A stretch of 64,000 nucleotides of DNA from a virus (Duplodnaviria; Heunggongvirae; Uroviricota; Caudoviricetes): the IMG/VR virus record IMGVR_UViG_3300047554_000527, positions 8,387 through 72,386 of that record, one strand, 5' to 3'. Below the pieces are notes generated by a model. That model did not search any database. It was not told the DNA's origin and saw only the letters and a list, made by a program, of their open reading frames with translations. Positions 33,590 through 43,443 of the stretch are shown in pieces. How positions within the stretch are numbered: the first letter of the stretch is position 1; every line of letters begins with the position of its first letter. The position numbers and the translations under genes were made by a program.

Positions 33590-35791
33590 TTAAACGCCTT
33601 TCTTAGCATCAATCAAATTAACATATTCTGCGATTTCGCTCGCATCTACGCGGTAGGTACTCAACTTCAACAGCAATGGATAACGCATATTCACCTCACG
33701 AAGTTCATTGTTGTACTTAGTTTGGAGACTAGTGGGATCCAAAGTTTTGTTAGGAGCAAAGTTCCTAAACAGTCTTTCAATATTGTAGCGCGAACCATCG
33801 AACTTGTCAATACCGTTGAATACCGAAACAAACTTCAAATAAGGACTCGCCTTGTTTTCAATGAACATCGAAACATCACGGTTGTTGAACTGAAGAATGT
33901 CAGCATGATCCAAATTGCTACGAACCAAGCTCATCAGCATTTTAGTCATATCACGCTTAACCAATTGCTCGGCAATGTGTTCTTCAAAGTTCTTCCAGTT
34001 TGGCTTTTTCTTGATATCTTCAATGTCTTTTTTACGAACACCGTAGATTTCGCCGTTGAACAGACCTTTGAGACTCTTAACATCTTCGTAGAGTTCTTTG
34101 CCACCGGTGTAGCCTTTGGTACTCTGCATGTAGAAGCCACTCAGCGGAACATAGTAGTAGGTAATGGGCTGACCAGTAATAACATCCTTGTCGGGAAACT
34201 TGCTAGTATCACCGGCATCACGCCACACCATGTCCTCGTCACTACGACGATAGCCACTACCGCCACGACGTTCCAGTTTAAGAATCGTTACATCGCGACC
34301 CAACTTTTCACGTTCGGGCTTGTTTAATGTGCTAGCGGCAATACGACGATCATTAGGAGGTTCGCAGATTGCGGCAAAGAAACTCTTAAGGTCCATTTCC
34401 TTGCTCTTGTCTGCCTTCTCCAGAATCCAGATACGGCGGCTGTAGTGCTTAGTACCTTCTTCACGGAAGTGATAGTTAGCACGACCCTGAGCACCGGTCT
34501 TGATGTCGTTGATAACAAACACACTACCGGCATCAACATTAATATGCCATTCGGGCCAAGTAATGTAATGGCCTTTATCATCACGAGCATTGCCGTCTGC
34601 ATAGGCAGTGTAGGTCTTGCCGTTCTTAAGAGTCTTAGAACTAGCACTTTGCTCAGAACACTTGATAAGGATGTTATAGTCCTTGGCAAGATCACTGACC
34701 TTCAGTTCGAAAGTCTTAGGACGAGCACCATAGCCATGTTTGTCATCAAAAGTAGGCAAGGGGTTAGCTTTGACATACTCTTGCACAGCGGTACGCCACA
34801 GTTGAACATCACGCTTCTTATAAACGTAGAGAGCACGATCCCACAGGTTAGGCAGAGCATTGGCTTCACGAGCCAAAACTACACTCAGCGCCTTGCTGAC
34901 AGCTTCGAGTTTGTTCTTGATTGCTTCGATAGTCTGAGGAATGTAACTCAAACCTTCACGACTAGCTTGGAAGTCTAACTCGCCAATACCGAAGTGCATT
35001 TCCAAACCACAGTTCAACATAACTGCCAAGTCACCGAGCGTCTTGTCACTGCGAGGGATGTCAATAGGGTAAGCAATATTACCCATGATGGCAATACTTT
35101 GATGCTGACTCTTGATAGCATGAACACCAGGAATGATGTCGCGGCTTTCGTATTCAGTGTTAGTAAATTGGAAGTTATCAGCACCACTAACAACCGGACG
35201 CAGAGCAAAGTGCTTATAGACATGGCGAGCTTCTTGCTTGAACTTGTCAAAGTCGTAGCGATCATTGACTGCAAACTTAACTTCAACCCCAGCAGGATCT
35301 GTAGTGTCTTCAGTCATCATCAGTGCAATACTAGGCACACCAGCTTCGTTAATGAAAGCAGTGTAGATACCCTTCTTGCCATCTTTGATAGCAGTAACGG
35401 TAAAGTTGTCGGTGTAAGAGAACGGCGACTTGGAACCCAAGCCCAGCGCACCGATGAACTCGTTAGACGCAGTCTTAGTAGATTCGAAGTAAGTGGTGTA
35501 AATGTTAGTAACCTGTTCGTGGCTCAGACCAGTACCGTAGTCACGGATCGAGAAGAACGGTTCAAGTTGGTTAGGCAGGTGAACATCAAACGGAGTATCC
35601 TTTTTACCTGCGGCGGCATGACTATCTACAGCATTACAGCTCAATTCACGCACAATGGCACGAATCTTGTTAGCGTAAAGACCGCTGGAAAGAATGTTAA
35701 ATGCTTTGGCCGAATTGCGAATACGGAACTCGCCAATTTCGCCAACATTGGAAACAATAGCTTCATTTGCAGGAGCATTGTTGAGAATCAT
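33590..35791 (-). CDS. rIIA: rIIA protein
   Basis: N-terminal ...KAFNILSSGLYANKIRAIVRELSCNAVDSHA... and ...FIGALGLGSKSPFSYTDNFTVTA... match T4 rIIA (GHKL-like ATPase region); 733 aa. Confidence 0.85.
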   Translation of the reverse strand: MILNNAPANEAIVSNVGEIGEFRIRNSAKAFNILSSGLYANKIRAIVRELSCNAVDSHAAAGKKDTPFDVHLPNQLEPFFSIRDYGTGLSHEQVTNIYTTYFESTKTASNEFIGALGLGSKSPFSYTDNFTVTAIKDGKKGIYTAFINEAGVPSIALMMTEDTTDPAGVEVKFAVNDRYDFDKFKQEARHVYKHFALRPVVSGADNFQFTNTEYESRDIIPGVHAIKSQHQSIAIMGNIAYPIDIPRSDKTLGDLAVMLNCGLEMHFGIGELDFQASREGLSYIPQTIEAIKNKLEAVSKALSVVLAREANALPNLWDRALYVYKKRDVQLWRTAVQEYVKANPLPTFDDKHGYGARPKTFELKVSDLAKDYNILIKCSEQSASSKTLKNGKTYTAYADGNARDDKGHYITWPEWHINVDAGSVFVINDIKTGAQGRANYHFREEGTKHYSRRIWILEKADKSKEMDLKSFFAAICEPPNDRRIAASTLNKPEREKLGRDVTILKLERRGGSGYRRSDEDMVWRDAGDTSKFPDKDVITGQPITYYYVPLSGFYMQSTKGYTGGKELYEDVKSLKGLFNGEIYGVRKKDIEDIKKKPNWKNFEEHIAEQLVKRDMTKMLMSLVRSNLDHADILQFNNRDVSMFIENKASPYLKFVSVFNGIDKFDGSRYNIERLFRNFAPNKTLDPTSLQTKYNNELREVNMRYPLLLKLSTYRVDASEIAEYVNLIDAKKGV

Positions 35792-35850
35792 TTGAAAGCC
35801 TTTCTGTGTTTGTCTGTATGTATATATTATAGCAAGGTTTTACCTAAATG

Positions 35851-36090
35851 TCAAGCGGTTGTGCCCTGAGTAATCAACCAAAGTAGCACTTGATTCTTAT
35901 CCAAAACAGCAATATCTTTTGAGAATTTGGTTACTGGGCGAGCAGTATGCCCACCGTTCCAAATCATCATTTTAACATTGCCCCTACCACCATCGCGGGC
36001 TTTACCCAATGCTTTGACTTGGTATATGTTGCTGTAGAATACCACAAAGTCATCCACTTTGATCTCACGATTGATAATGTCTGTGATCAT
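35851..36090 (-). CDS. hypothetical protein
   Basis: 79-aa ORF. Confidence 0.3.
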   Translation of the reverse strand: MITDIINREIKVDDFVVFYSNIYQVKALGKARDGGRGNVKMMIWNGGHTARPVTKFSKDIAVLDKNQVLLWLITQGTTA

Positions 36091-36428
36091 TCTTCAACTC
36101 CGAATTCTACAGCCTTTGTAGCTTCAATCATAGCATCTGCTGGCGCCGCCCAAAAGTTAGGCTGTCGGTTTTTTTCAGTCTCTCGGAAAGTATCGAAAAT
36201 ACGATCTTGGACACGAGTGCAAAACTCTTTAGGCCAAGAATCCATAATGGCAAGGAACTTTTTAAGACTGGCTTCCTTTTGTTCTTTAGAAAGTCCATGC
36301 TTGTTGTGAGTTTCTCGAGCAAGTTTGGCAAGGTAGAGGATAACCGCATCTACCTGCTCGTCAGTAAAATCTGAAAGATTGACAGGATTAGATTCGGGCT
36401 GTTTCAGTGTATCAATTACATTGTCCAT
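36087..36428 (-). CDS. hypothetical protein
   Basis: 113-aa ORF. Confidence 0.35.
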   Translation of the reverse strand: MDNVIDTLKQPESNPVNLSDFTDEQVDAVILYLAKLARETHNKHGLSKEQKEASLKKFLAIMDSWPKEFCTRVQDRIFDTFRETEKNRQPNFWAAPADAMIEATKAVEFGVEE

Positions 36429-36482
36429 TTCTGGCTCCTTTGTGTCTGTATGTGTTAATTATACACTGGTTTTACCAGGAAG

Positions 36483-37421
36483 TCAAGTATCGTCAAAAAG
36501 ATTTATAACATTTTTTGTTTTTTTGGGCTTTTTAGCTTTTGGTTTAGCGTCCGGATTTCGAATAGCTTCCAAAACGCCCTGTTCGTACTTGTCGTCCGGT
36601 GTAGTTTGGACACCTTCCGGAAGTTGTGTGCTCAATTGCTTGTTGGCTGGAGTAACAGTAGATTCTACAGTTTGGTTAATTCGAGTAGTGGCAATGTCAA
36701 AGTATTCTTTGGTCATTTCTACGCCAATGAAGTTTCTTCCGGTAAGTTTGGCACTCACGCCGCAACTGCCCGAACCCATGGTAAAATCTAGTACAGTATC
36801 GCCCGGATTGCTATAGGTCATGATAAGCCAATTTAAGACGTTAGTCGGCTTCTGTGTTGGATGCACGGTCTGTTGAGCACTGAAATTGCGGCTAGCATGA
36901 AGAATACTTTTTGGATAACGAGTTCCGTGATTCTCCCCGCCTAGATAGACTTTGCCGTTGTTACCAAAACCGTATCCGTGACTGTTCTTGCCTGTGCCAT
37001 AACCTTTTTCTTTGTCCTTGGCTTCTCGCTTGTAGGCTTCACCTTCTTCCATAATAGGATTGTATGTGCCGCCACTTTCTTTGCTAAAGACCATAATGTT
37101 CTCATGGACTTTCTGAGGACGATATTTGGCTAGACCGGGACTACCGCACTTATTCTTGTTCCAAATAAGCTCGTGTCGGAACCAATCAATTTTACTAGCA
37201 ATAACAAGGCTAGTAAATGGCTGACTGCCGAAGATAATTATGTTGGCTTTTGGCTTGCAGATTCTATCTAGCTCTGCCCACATCTTAGTAAAGTCTAGTG
37301 TCTTATCCCACTCAATAGTAGTTGTACCGTATGGAGGATCAACACAGACCATATCTACACTTTTGTCTGCAATTTTTGCAAACGCTTCAAAACAAGATTC
37401 ATTAAACAGTGTTATATTCAT
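36483..37421 (-). CDS. DNA N6-adenine (or N4-cytosine) methyltransferase, beta-class (DPPY then SAM motif)
   Basis: VCVDPPYGTT (motif IV) followed later by DFTMGSGSCGVSA (motif I); start 37421 chosen (4 nt after upstream stop), longer ORF to 37598 would overlap. Confidence 0.7.
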   Translation of the reverse strand: MNITLFNESCFEAFAKIADKSVDMVCVDPPYGTTTIEWDKTLDFTKMWAELDRICKPKANIIIFGSQPFTSLVIASKIDWFRHELIWNKNKCGSPGLAKYRPQKVHENIMVFSKESGGTYNPIMEEGEAYKREAKDKEKGYGTGKNSHGYGFGNNGKVYLGGENHGTRYPKSILHASRNFSAQQTVHPTQKPTNVLNWLIMTYSNPGDTVLDFTMGSGSCGVSAKLTGRNFIGVEMTKEYFDIATTRINQTVESTVTPANKQLSTQLPEGVQTTPDDKYEQGVLEAIRNPDAKPKAKKPKKTKNVINLFDDT

Positions 37422-37425
37422 TGTG

Positions 37426-38205
37426 TTATTTACTTTTTGTTTTTGTGCTCTTTTCGATCTCAGGCTCGGCTTTGAAGTTAGCCTTTCGATAAGCAATGGC
37501 CGTTTTCCACTGCTCGGCTTTGAGTGCCCAGCATCGGAACGCACCGTCTGTGATAACATTATAAAAAACTTCTTCAAAGGTTTTCTCGCCGGGCGCACAA
37601 TCGTGTTCTTTATTCCAAACGATTTGCAAGTTATTGGTAGGATTTTTAAACCAATGAGTGATTTGTTTTACACCGCGTACCATAACATGACTAAAGTCTT
37701 TTTTATCTAAACTAAGAAACCAGTAATCGCGAGTAGTTTCTTTTTTATGTTTAATAATCAACTCTGCAAATTTTGTATCGCTGATCTTATTAGTAATTTT
37801 AAGTTTTTCGTACTGGTCGAGAGTTAGATCAGTAAGAGCCCACAATATCCCTAACTTACTAAAGGCATTGTCCGAACTACCGATAGAAGTTTTGATATTT
37901 ACAGCATGAGCAGAACCATCGTAGTCGATAACTTCCATATCCATAAAACTACGAAGCACACCTTCTTTAATACGGTCTTTAAATTTAGGCTGATTTTTCA
38001 ACCATGCAATAATCTTATCTTCATCATTTTTACTATTAACTCTCCCCTCGCTGTTCTCATTAACAGCCTTTAGGTTTGACTTTTTAAGTGCTTCGACAAT
38101 TTCGTTTAAGATTTGAGGGGCTTTTGGGTTGCTCATATTATTCCTGATGGTCTGCTGAGTCGATTTGTTCTTGCCAGAATTGGCGAGCTTCGGCTTCGTT
38201 GTCAA
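37426..38205 (-). CDS. hypothetical protein adjacent to MTase (candidate restriction endonuclease or anti-restriction partner)
   Basis: 259 aa, no recognised motif; position immediately upstream of MTase in same operon. Confidence 0.35.
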   Translation of the reverse strand: MTTKPKLANSGKNKSTQQTIRNNMSNPKAPQILNEIVEALKKSNLKAVNENSEGRVNSKNDEDKIIAWLKNQPKFKDRIKEGVLRSFMDMEVIDYDGSAHAVNIKTSIGSSDNAFSKLGILWALTDLTLDQYEKLKITNKISDTKFAELIIKHKKETTRDYWFLSLDKKDFSHVMVRGVKQITHWFKNPTNNLQIVWNKEHDCAPGEKTFEEVFYNVITDGAFRCWALKAEQWKTAIAYRKANFKAEPEIEKSTKTKSK

Positions 38206-38342
38206 ACGATTCTAAAACATTCATTCCGCCGAGTGGATGTGGGAACCAAACTAGCCATTCTTCACGGTCTTCGTCATATGTACAGTGTAGTTCAACCATA
38301 TCAGCTTCCTTTCAATATGTAACATTATAAACGAAAAAACCG

Positions 38343-38373
38343 ACTCTGTCAAGAGCCGGTTTTATCATTTTAA
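38343..38373 (-). terminator. rho-independent terminator (possibly bidirectional) after AAA+ ATPase gene
   Basis: ACCGACTCT-gtca-AGAGCCGGT stem flanked by A6 (U-run on minus) and T4 on plus. Confidence 0.5.
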
Positions 38374-38386
38374 CCTGAATTACAGA

Positions 38387-39484
38387 TTAAAAAGCGTCCC
38401 AATGATAGCCACGTTCGCGAACCTTAGTAAGTGACAAACGCTCACCGTCTTCGTTCATGAACACGAACTTGCCAGTTTGGCTATCGACCTGCTTAAGGTC
38501 TTGCCCATTAAATCGGGCACATTCCCAATCGAAGTCTCGGGAAACGGAGCCATCAACAGCTTCTGGGCCAGGAGTACCATCTTCGTCCCAGACCTTGTAG
38601 TCAATGCTGACATTCTGAACCAGTGGGTTGCCTTGCCATTCAGTATCAGCATCCTTTTCAGGAACATCGACACCATCAATCTGCAGGGAAACCTTGTAGC
38701 GAGTTTCGCCACCGAACTCTGGACGAGTGTTCAGCATCTTCATGACCTGATTCGGAGTTTCACCGTAACGGTTCATTTCTTCAACCATTGCTTTCAGCAT
38801 GTCAAAGTTGAACTGATCAAACAGTGTAGCAATACGGCAGACACTGGGAATGTGATCCTTGTTCTTCAAGTTGTCGTCGCAGTACTCGATGATAAAGTCC
38901 TGCTCCAAACCCTTGTACTCCATCATGTAGTAGATACGACCGGGACGGTTACGCATGTGTTCATTGACACGCCACTTGTCGTTACAGGTCAGAACGAACA
39001 GCTTTTTGCTGGGATATACGCCATCCAGCAGAGTCAGCATCTTTTCCTGATCTTCACGATCATAGACCTTTTCAAACTCGTCAAAGAGGATAATAGTCGG
39101 TTGTTCAATCATCTGCATGAAGCCGTTGAAGTCCTCACCGCACCATGGCTGGTTGATGACGATTGTAGGCACTCCGGCTTTGGCACCTTCAAGGCTCAGC
39201 ATTTTGGCTAGCAGGGTCTTACCAGAACCTTTTTCACCAGTCAGCATAATGCCAGTGGAGGCCGTACGGTCATTGAAGGTGTTAAGAATACGATCAGCTT
39301 GGCGCTTAGTATCGCCGTAGATCTTACCCTTTATTTCAAAGCCGTCAATTTGTTCAAGATAAAAGCAACCGGCCATTTTGTCAAACTTAACAGTGTAATG
39401 TCCAACTGGAAGAGCCTCGTGAAGGTCCATTGCTTCCTTAGTCGAAACATTAAAACGAGTACCGGATTTCAGAAAGTAAGTCAT
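38387..39484 (-). CDS. AAA+ family ATPase
   Basis: Walker A GEKGSGKT, Walker B IILFDEFEK. Confidence 0.6.
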   Translation of the reverse strand: MTYFLKSGTRFNVSTKEAMDLHEALPVGHYTVKFDKMAGCFYLEQIDGFEIKGKIYGDTKRQADRILNTFNDRTASTGIMLTGEKGSGKTLLAKMLSLEGAKAGVPTIVINQPWCGEDFNGFMQMIEQPTIILFDEFEKVYDREDQEKMLTLLDGVYPSKKLFVLTCNDKWRVNEHMRNRPGRIYYMMEYKGLEQDFIIEYCDDNLKNKDHIPSVCRIATLFDQFNFDMLKAMVEEMNRYGETPNQVMKMLNTRPEFGGETRYKVSLQIDGVDVPEKDADTEWQGNPLVQNVSIDYKVWDEDGTPGPEAVDGSVSRDFDWECARFNGQDLKQVDSQTGKFVFMNEDGERLSLTKVRERGYHWDAF

Positions 39485-39524
39485 TGTGTCTTTCAGTGTG
39501 TTGTTGCTATAGACAAATTATACA

Positions 39525-39554
39525 TTAAAAACAAGGGGTTGTCTAGACCCCTTG
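39525..39554 (-). terminator. rho-independent terminator after nadV
   Basis: CAAGGGGT-tgtctaga-CCCCTTG hairpin with U-run on minus strand. Confidence 0.55.
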
Positions 39555-39558
39555 TAGT

Positions 39559-40956
39559 TTATTTGCGAGCGTTAGCTCGAACTTCTTCGAAGGTAATCTC
39601 TTTTACAAGACGACCATCGCGATAGACTTCAACCATTGCCGATGTCCATCCACCGATGCCTTTGTCAGTCCAACCAGTAGGTGCAGTAACACCACTAGCA
39701 AACTCGCCGCCGCTGGTCCAGAGTTGAACACGACCTGCTTTGGACTTCTTGCCCGAATCGGTAACTGGGTCTTTTTGCACATCGATCCACTCGCCGTTGA
39801 TCTCTGCGGAACTGCACTTCATTGCGAATTTTTGGGTGTCTCGATCGACTTGCTGTAGAAGGGCGCCGCCCATGCCGAAAGCAATGTTGTCTGCACTCCA
39901 ACCATTAGCCATAAAGGCCCCCAATATACTGCGGATAGTGAGTTCATTAACCCCATCACCTTGGATAAGTCGGACATTGTTAAGGACTTTAAATCCTTTT
40001 GCGTTTGTTGTGTAACCAAATTTTTCTCCTAAGATTTCAACCAATCGACGATTAACTTCAACAGGATCACCGGAGTCAGGACGAATAACAACGGTAGCGC
40101 CACTATCAATAACAAGCTGGCGGAGATCTTCCCCCCAAAGTTTTGATGCCGCATTGTAAATATCGTAACTGTCACTAACCACGGCAACAATGCTGCCTGC
40201 TCTACCAAACTGACGAACCATGTTTTCATATGCTTTTACCTCGTTGTCTCGTCCCCAACTAGTAATTGTACTGTGCTCTGCGGCAGGGATAGAGAAACCC
40301 GCAACCCCAGCATTGTAAAATTCGCGAGCATACAAAACACCAGAAATAGTATCACTGCCCATGAAGTTAATAAGGTGTGATGCACCTCCGATTGCCGCTG
40401 ATTCAAGGCTAGAAACACCACGAGCACCGAAATCGTGCAACTTAAAATCAATGAGGCTAGGGTCACCTGTTTTCTCCAAGTAGTCAAGGATCACTTCGCG
40501 GATCTTGTGCGACTGTGTTGCCACAGTAGTTGGATACCAAATGGCACGAAGCAGAGCAGTTTCGAGCCAGGTAGTTAGCCAGAAGCATTCTGGGTCTGTG
40601 TTTTCAATTGTAGCAAGGACGTTTTTAACAGGTACAACGGTTCCCTCGGGGACAGCTCGAATGACAACTGGGAGGTATCCATTGTGCTTGTCAAGGATGT
40701 ACTGCCATCCTGCTCGGTTGAAGGGCTCACCGTGTGCGGTAAGGATTTCGTCAGCCACGTCAATGTCTGACTGTGTGATTGGCCCCAGTAGGTATTCCTT
40801 GATAAAAGCCTGTAGTCCGAAGAATACTGTTCTATCGTAACGCCCACCCCGGCTTTCAATATACGAATAAACACCAGTAGTTCCTGCCGGGTATTGTTTG
40901 AACATGCTAACTTTGTAGCTGTCTGTGTTCAGAATGATGTTGCTTGCTAATTTCAT
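39559..40956 (-). CDS. nadV: nicotinamide phosphoribosyltransferase (NadV/NAMPT)
   Basis: N-terminal MKLASNIILNTDSYKVSMFKQYP signature, 465 aa. Confidence 0.8.
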   Translation of the reverse strand: MKLASNIILNTDSYKVSMFKQYPAGTTGVYSYIESRGGRYDRTVFFGLQAFIKEYLLGPITQSDIDVADEILTAHGEPFNRAGWQYILDKHNGYLPVVIRAVPEGTVVPVKNVLATIENTDPECFWLTTWLETALLRAIWYPTTVATQSHKIREVILDYLEKTGDPSLIDFKLHDFGARGVSSLESAAIGGASHLINFMGSDTISGVLYAREFYNAGVAGFSIPAAEHSTITSWGRDNEVKAYENMVRQFGRAGSIVAVVSDSYDIYNAASKLWGEDLRQLVIDSGATVVIRPDSGDPVEVNRRLVEILGEKFGYTTNAKGFKVLNNVRLIQGDGVNELTIRSILGAFMANGWSADNIAFGMGGALLQQVDRDTQKFAMKCSSAEINGEWIDVQKDPVTDSGKKSKAGRVQLWTSGGEFASGVTAPTGWTDKGIGGWTSAMVEVYRDGRLVKEITFEEVRANARK

Positions 40957-41036
40957 GATAAACTCCTTATCAGTTAAATCACCCTTGCGTCTATCGCTTG
41001 GGCTTAGTTATAGTATAACAGAACCCCATTGTCCTG

Positions 41037-41564
41037 TCAACCGAATTCGACTAAAGTAACTGTACCACCTTTAGCCGAAATTTCTTTGGCAAAGTTTTCA
41101 ATCATTGCCAAAATTCTTTTCTTGTCGCCGCCAGCCAAACCCATACCAATGTAGGGCAGACCGTAGCGTTGTGCGCCATATTGATGCGCCAATTTACGCA
41201 GAATCAATTCAAACGATGCATACTCAAACACATCTTCGCCCTGACTACTGGTACTGTATTGTGTATAAGCATTGATAATTCCAAATCGGACTGGAGCACT
41301 GCCAGCCTCGTCATTCCAAGCAAAAGTCCAATTGCCTAGTTTGTTGATACTACCTTTGACAGTTTTGCTATCAACTGCCTCTGCCATTGGATAGCGCCGA
41401 GCAATCTGCGGAGCAAGACCTGCACCCATTGCATTGAAACAATTACAGCCTTGGATGATGATATCAAAATCACCACGGTCTGCCATGTCCAACAAATTAC
41501 CTTTAACTTTGTTCAGCATTTTGATACCTGTATTCACGTTTGAGCCAATATTTGTATTTGGCAA
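41037..41564 (-). CDS. macro domain protein (ADP-ribose/O-acetyl-ADP-ribose processing)
   Basis: DIIIQGCNCFNAMGAGLA resembles macro-domain glycine-rich ADP-ribose-binding loop; NAD-cluster context. Confidence 0.45.
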   Translation of the reverse strand: MPNTNIGSNVNTGIKMLNKVKGNLLDMADRGDFDIIIQGCNCFNAMGAGLAPQIARRYPMAEAVDSKTVKGSINKLGNWTFAWNDEAGSAPVRFGIINAYTQYSTSSQGEDVFEYASFELILRKLAHQYGAQRYGLPYIGMGLAGGDKKRILAMIENFAKEISAKGGTVTLVEFG

Positions 41565-41623
41565 AATATTCTTTTGCGGTATAACTCAGTGGTTGTCCAT
41601 AAGATTGTAACTCATCTTTGTGT

Positions 41624-41995
41624 TCATACCATTGTTCTTGACACCAGCTTCTGAAGGTCATATTGACTCCTATACTTTTTCATGCGTTGATAAATTTGCG
41701 GATGCACAGTTAGCAGGTCTTTTGTATAACAGCGAACATAATGCTCCCTATGTTGCTCCCCGATGCCCGAGCCATCTACGTTGTAGAAGTCTGCACGACT
41801 ACAGTGTCTTGCTCGAGCCATTACGTCTAGCCAGTCAATTCGATCAATGCGACCAATTTGACAGTAGGCGTTACTGACTCCAATGTAACCTTTTTTAGCT
41901 AGCTCAAGTGCAAACACTTCGGCAACGAGCTCGTCGGGATCAGTAGGACCGTAGGTCACATCTTCTTCAGTAATCTTTGTTTTGAACAGAAGCAT
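41624..41995 (-). CDS. hypothetical protein
   Basis: 123-aa ORF between macro-domain gene and NMNAT gene. Confidence 0.35.
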   Translation of the reverse strand: MLLFKTKITEEDVTYGPTDPDELVAEVFALELAKKGYIGVSNAYCQIGRIDRIDWLDVMARARHCSRADFYNVDGSGIGEQHREHYVRCYTKDLLTVHPQIYQRMKKYRSQYDLQKLVSRTMV

Positions 41996-42087
41996 TTTCT
42001 AATCCTTTGACAAACAAACTGCCTACCATTGCCAACAGGAACAAACAGGCAAGACCTACAGCATAAACTATCAAAAATTCAATCATA

Positions 42088-43107
42088 TTAGGCACCTAAG
42101 AAGTGTTGCAGGATTTCGTAATGGTCTTCAAAACACTCTTCGCTCTTTACTTCGGCAATAGGAACCCAACGTGCTTTCTCAGCATCGTCTAGACCTTTTA
42201 CACGAGGCAGTTCCCCATCAGGCAACTGGATATAAAATGCGTGAGTAATAGTACGACCACGAGCGCTACGATCAACAGCATCAAAAACCTTAGAACGCTG
42301 GATATTTCCTCGGAGGACTGGCGCCGGGACTTTGATACCGGTTTCTTCGCGGAGTTCGCGGATTGCGGCATCTTCGACTGATTTGTCGGTGTTGGCATTT
42401 ACGAAACCTCCAGGAAGTGCCCACAGACCTTTACCGGGTTCTGAACGGCGTTTAATCATAAGTACGTGCCCGCTTTGAATCACTACTGCATCGGCAGTAG
42501 AGAAGATTGGAGGATAAGGTAATGATGCATACTGTTTCTTGTAATTGGCAACAAATTCACGCTCCTTGATGATTTGTTCATATTCAGATGTGGCACGGAA
42601 CTGTTCCAAGAATTCAAAAGTAGTTTCGGGAACAACACCTTTAATGAACTTCATATTAACATCGGACTTGAAGTACAGGTCGCGAATATTAACAGCGCTC
42701 AACGGTTCAATTTCTTCCACGTTAATGTACTCCCATTGAGGGAACATGTCGAGGTAGAACGAACTGTCATCTTTCTTATGACCGATGATAGCATCTTTAG
42801 TTCCAAGGCAACGGTACTTGCTGTGGATACCTTGAACACGAACTGCCCATGCTTGGTCATTGTAGATAGTGTCAATGTTGGGTTCAACATACACACGCAT
42901 ACTGAGCCCAGCAGTAGCCGCACGAATCATTCGACTGCGTTCATCGAACGTAAATGGGTTTTTATAAGTACGCGGTTGATTAGCACTACCGACAACTACA
43001 ACCAACTGATCAGTTAGTGCGGTGCATCGCTTGATGATCTCAAGGTGTGCTGAGTGTAAGGGCTGGAAACGCCCGATGAGCATAATGGTGCCATATGGCT
43101 TAGACAT
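42088..43107 (-). CDS. bifunctional NMN adenylyltransferase / Nudix (ADP-ribose pyrophosphatase) NadM-Nudix (NatV-like)
   Basis: IGRFQPLHSAH (HxGH-type nucleotidyltransferase) plus Nudix box GGFVNANTDKSVEDAAIRELREETGI; start ATG 43107 after AAGGA SD. Confidence 0.75.
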   Translation of the reverse strand: MSKPYGTIMLIGRFQPLHSAHLEIIKRCTALTDQLVVVVGSANQPRTYKNPFTFDERSRMIRAATAGLSMRVYVEPNIDTIYNDQAWAVRVQGIHSKYRCLGTKDAIIGHKKDDSSFYLDMFPQWEYINVEEIEPLSAVNIRDLYFKSDVNMKFIKGVVPETTFEFLEQFRATSEYEQIIKEREFVANYKKQYASLPYPPIFSTADAVVIQSGHVLMIKRRSEPGKGLWALPGGFVNANTDKSVEDAAIRELREETGIKVPAPVLRGNIQRSKVFDAVDRSARGRTITHAFYIQLPDGELPRVKGLDDAEKARWVPIAEVKSEECFEDHYEILQHFLGA

Positions 43108-43209
43108 AGAAAAATCCTTTCTATAATTGTTAGCGCGGAGTCTATCTCTTTGCTGTATGTATTTATTATACAGGAAACATGCCCACCTGTAAAGTGGGCA
43201 TTTGTCCAA

Positions 43210-43443
43210 TTATTTGTACTTTATTTTTAAAAATAGTTCATTTGGATTGGGATATAGCTCAATTTCATAGTATCCCTGTGGTATATATGCACTAAACGGC
43301 TTGTGCCGAACATTGAGCCGCTTAATATCATTAATGAACTCAGTTATTCTGGGTGGCGGAATTTTAAATGTCGTCATCGTCGTCCTCCCAATCCATAGCA
43401 TCTTCATCAATAAAGGGAACATCCTTATATTTTGGATCATCAT
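43210..43443 (-). CDS. hypothetical protein
   Basis: 77-aa ORF; true start may be internal (43377). Confidence 0.25.
   Translation of the reverse strand: MMIQNIRMFPLLMKMLWIGRTTMTTFKIPPPRITEFINDIKRLNVRHKPFSAYIPQGYYEIELYPNPNELFLKIKYK

Noticed and set aside
32694-35869. Several 100-290-aa ORFs on both strands inside rIIA/rIIB (e.g. 32755..33144, 33722..34327, 34445..34978, 34994..35869)
   Set aside because: They are antisense or out-of-frame shadows of the strongly supported rIIA and rIIB genes, with low-complexity translations
38113-38322. 69-aa + strand ORF
   Set aside because: It lies in the 3' UTR/terminator region between minus-strand genes and overlaps a strong hairpin, so it is likely non-coding
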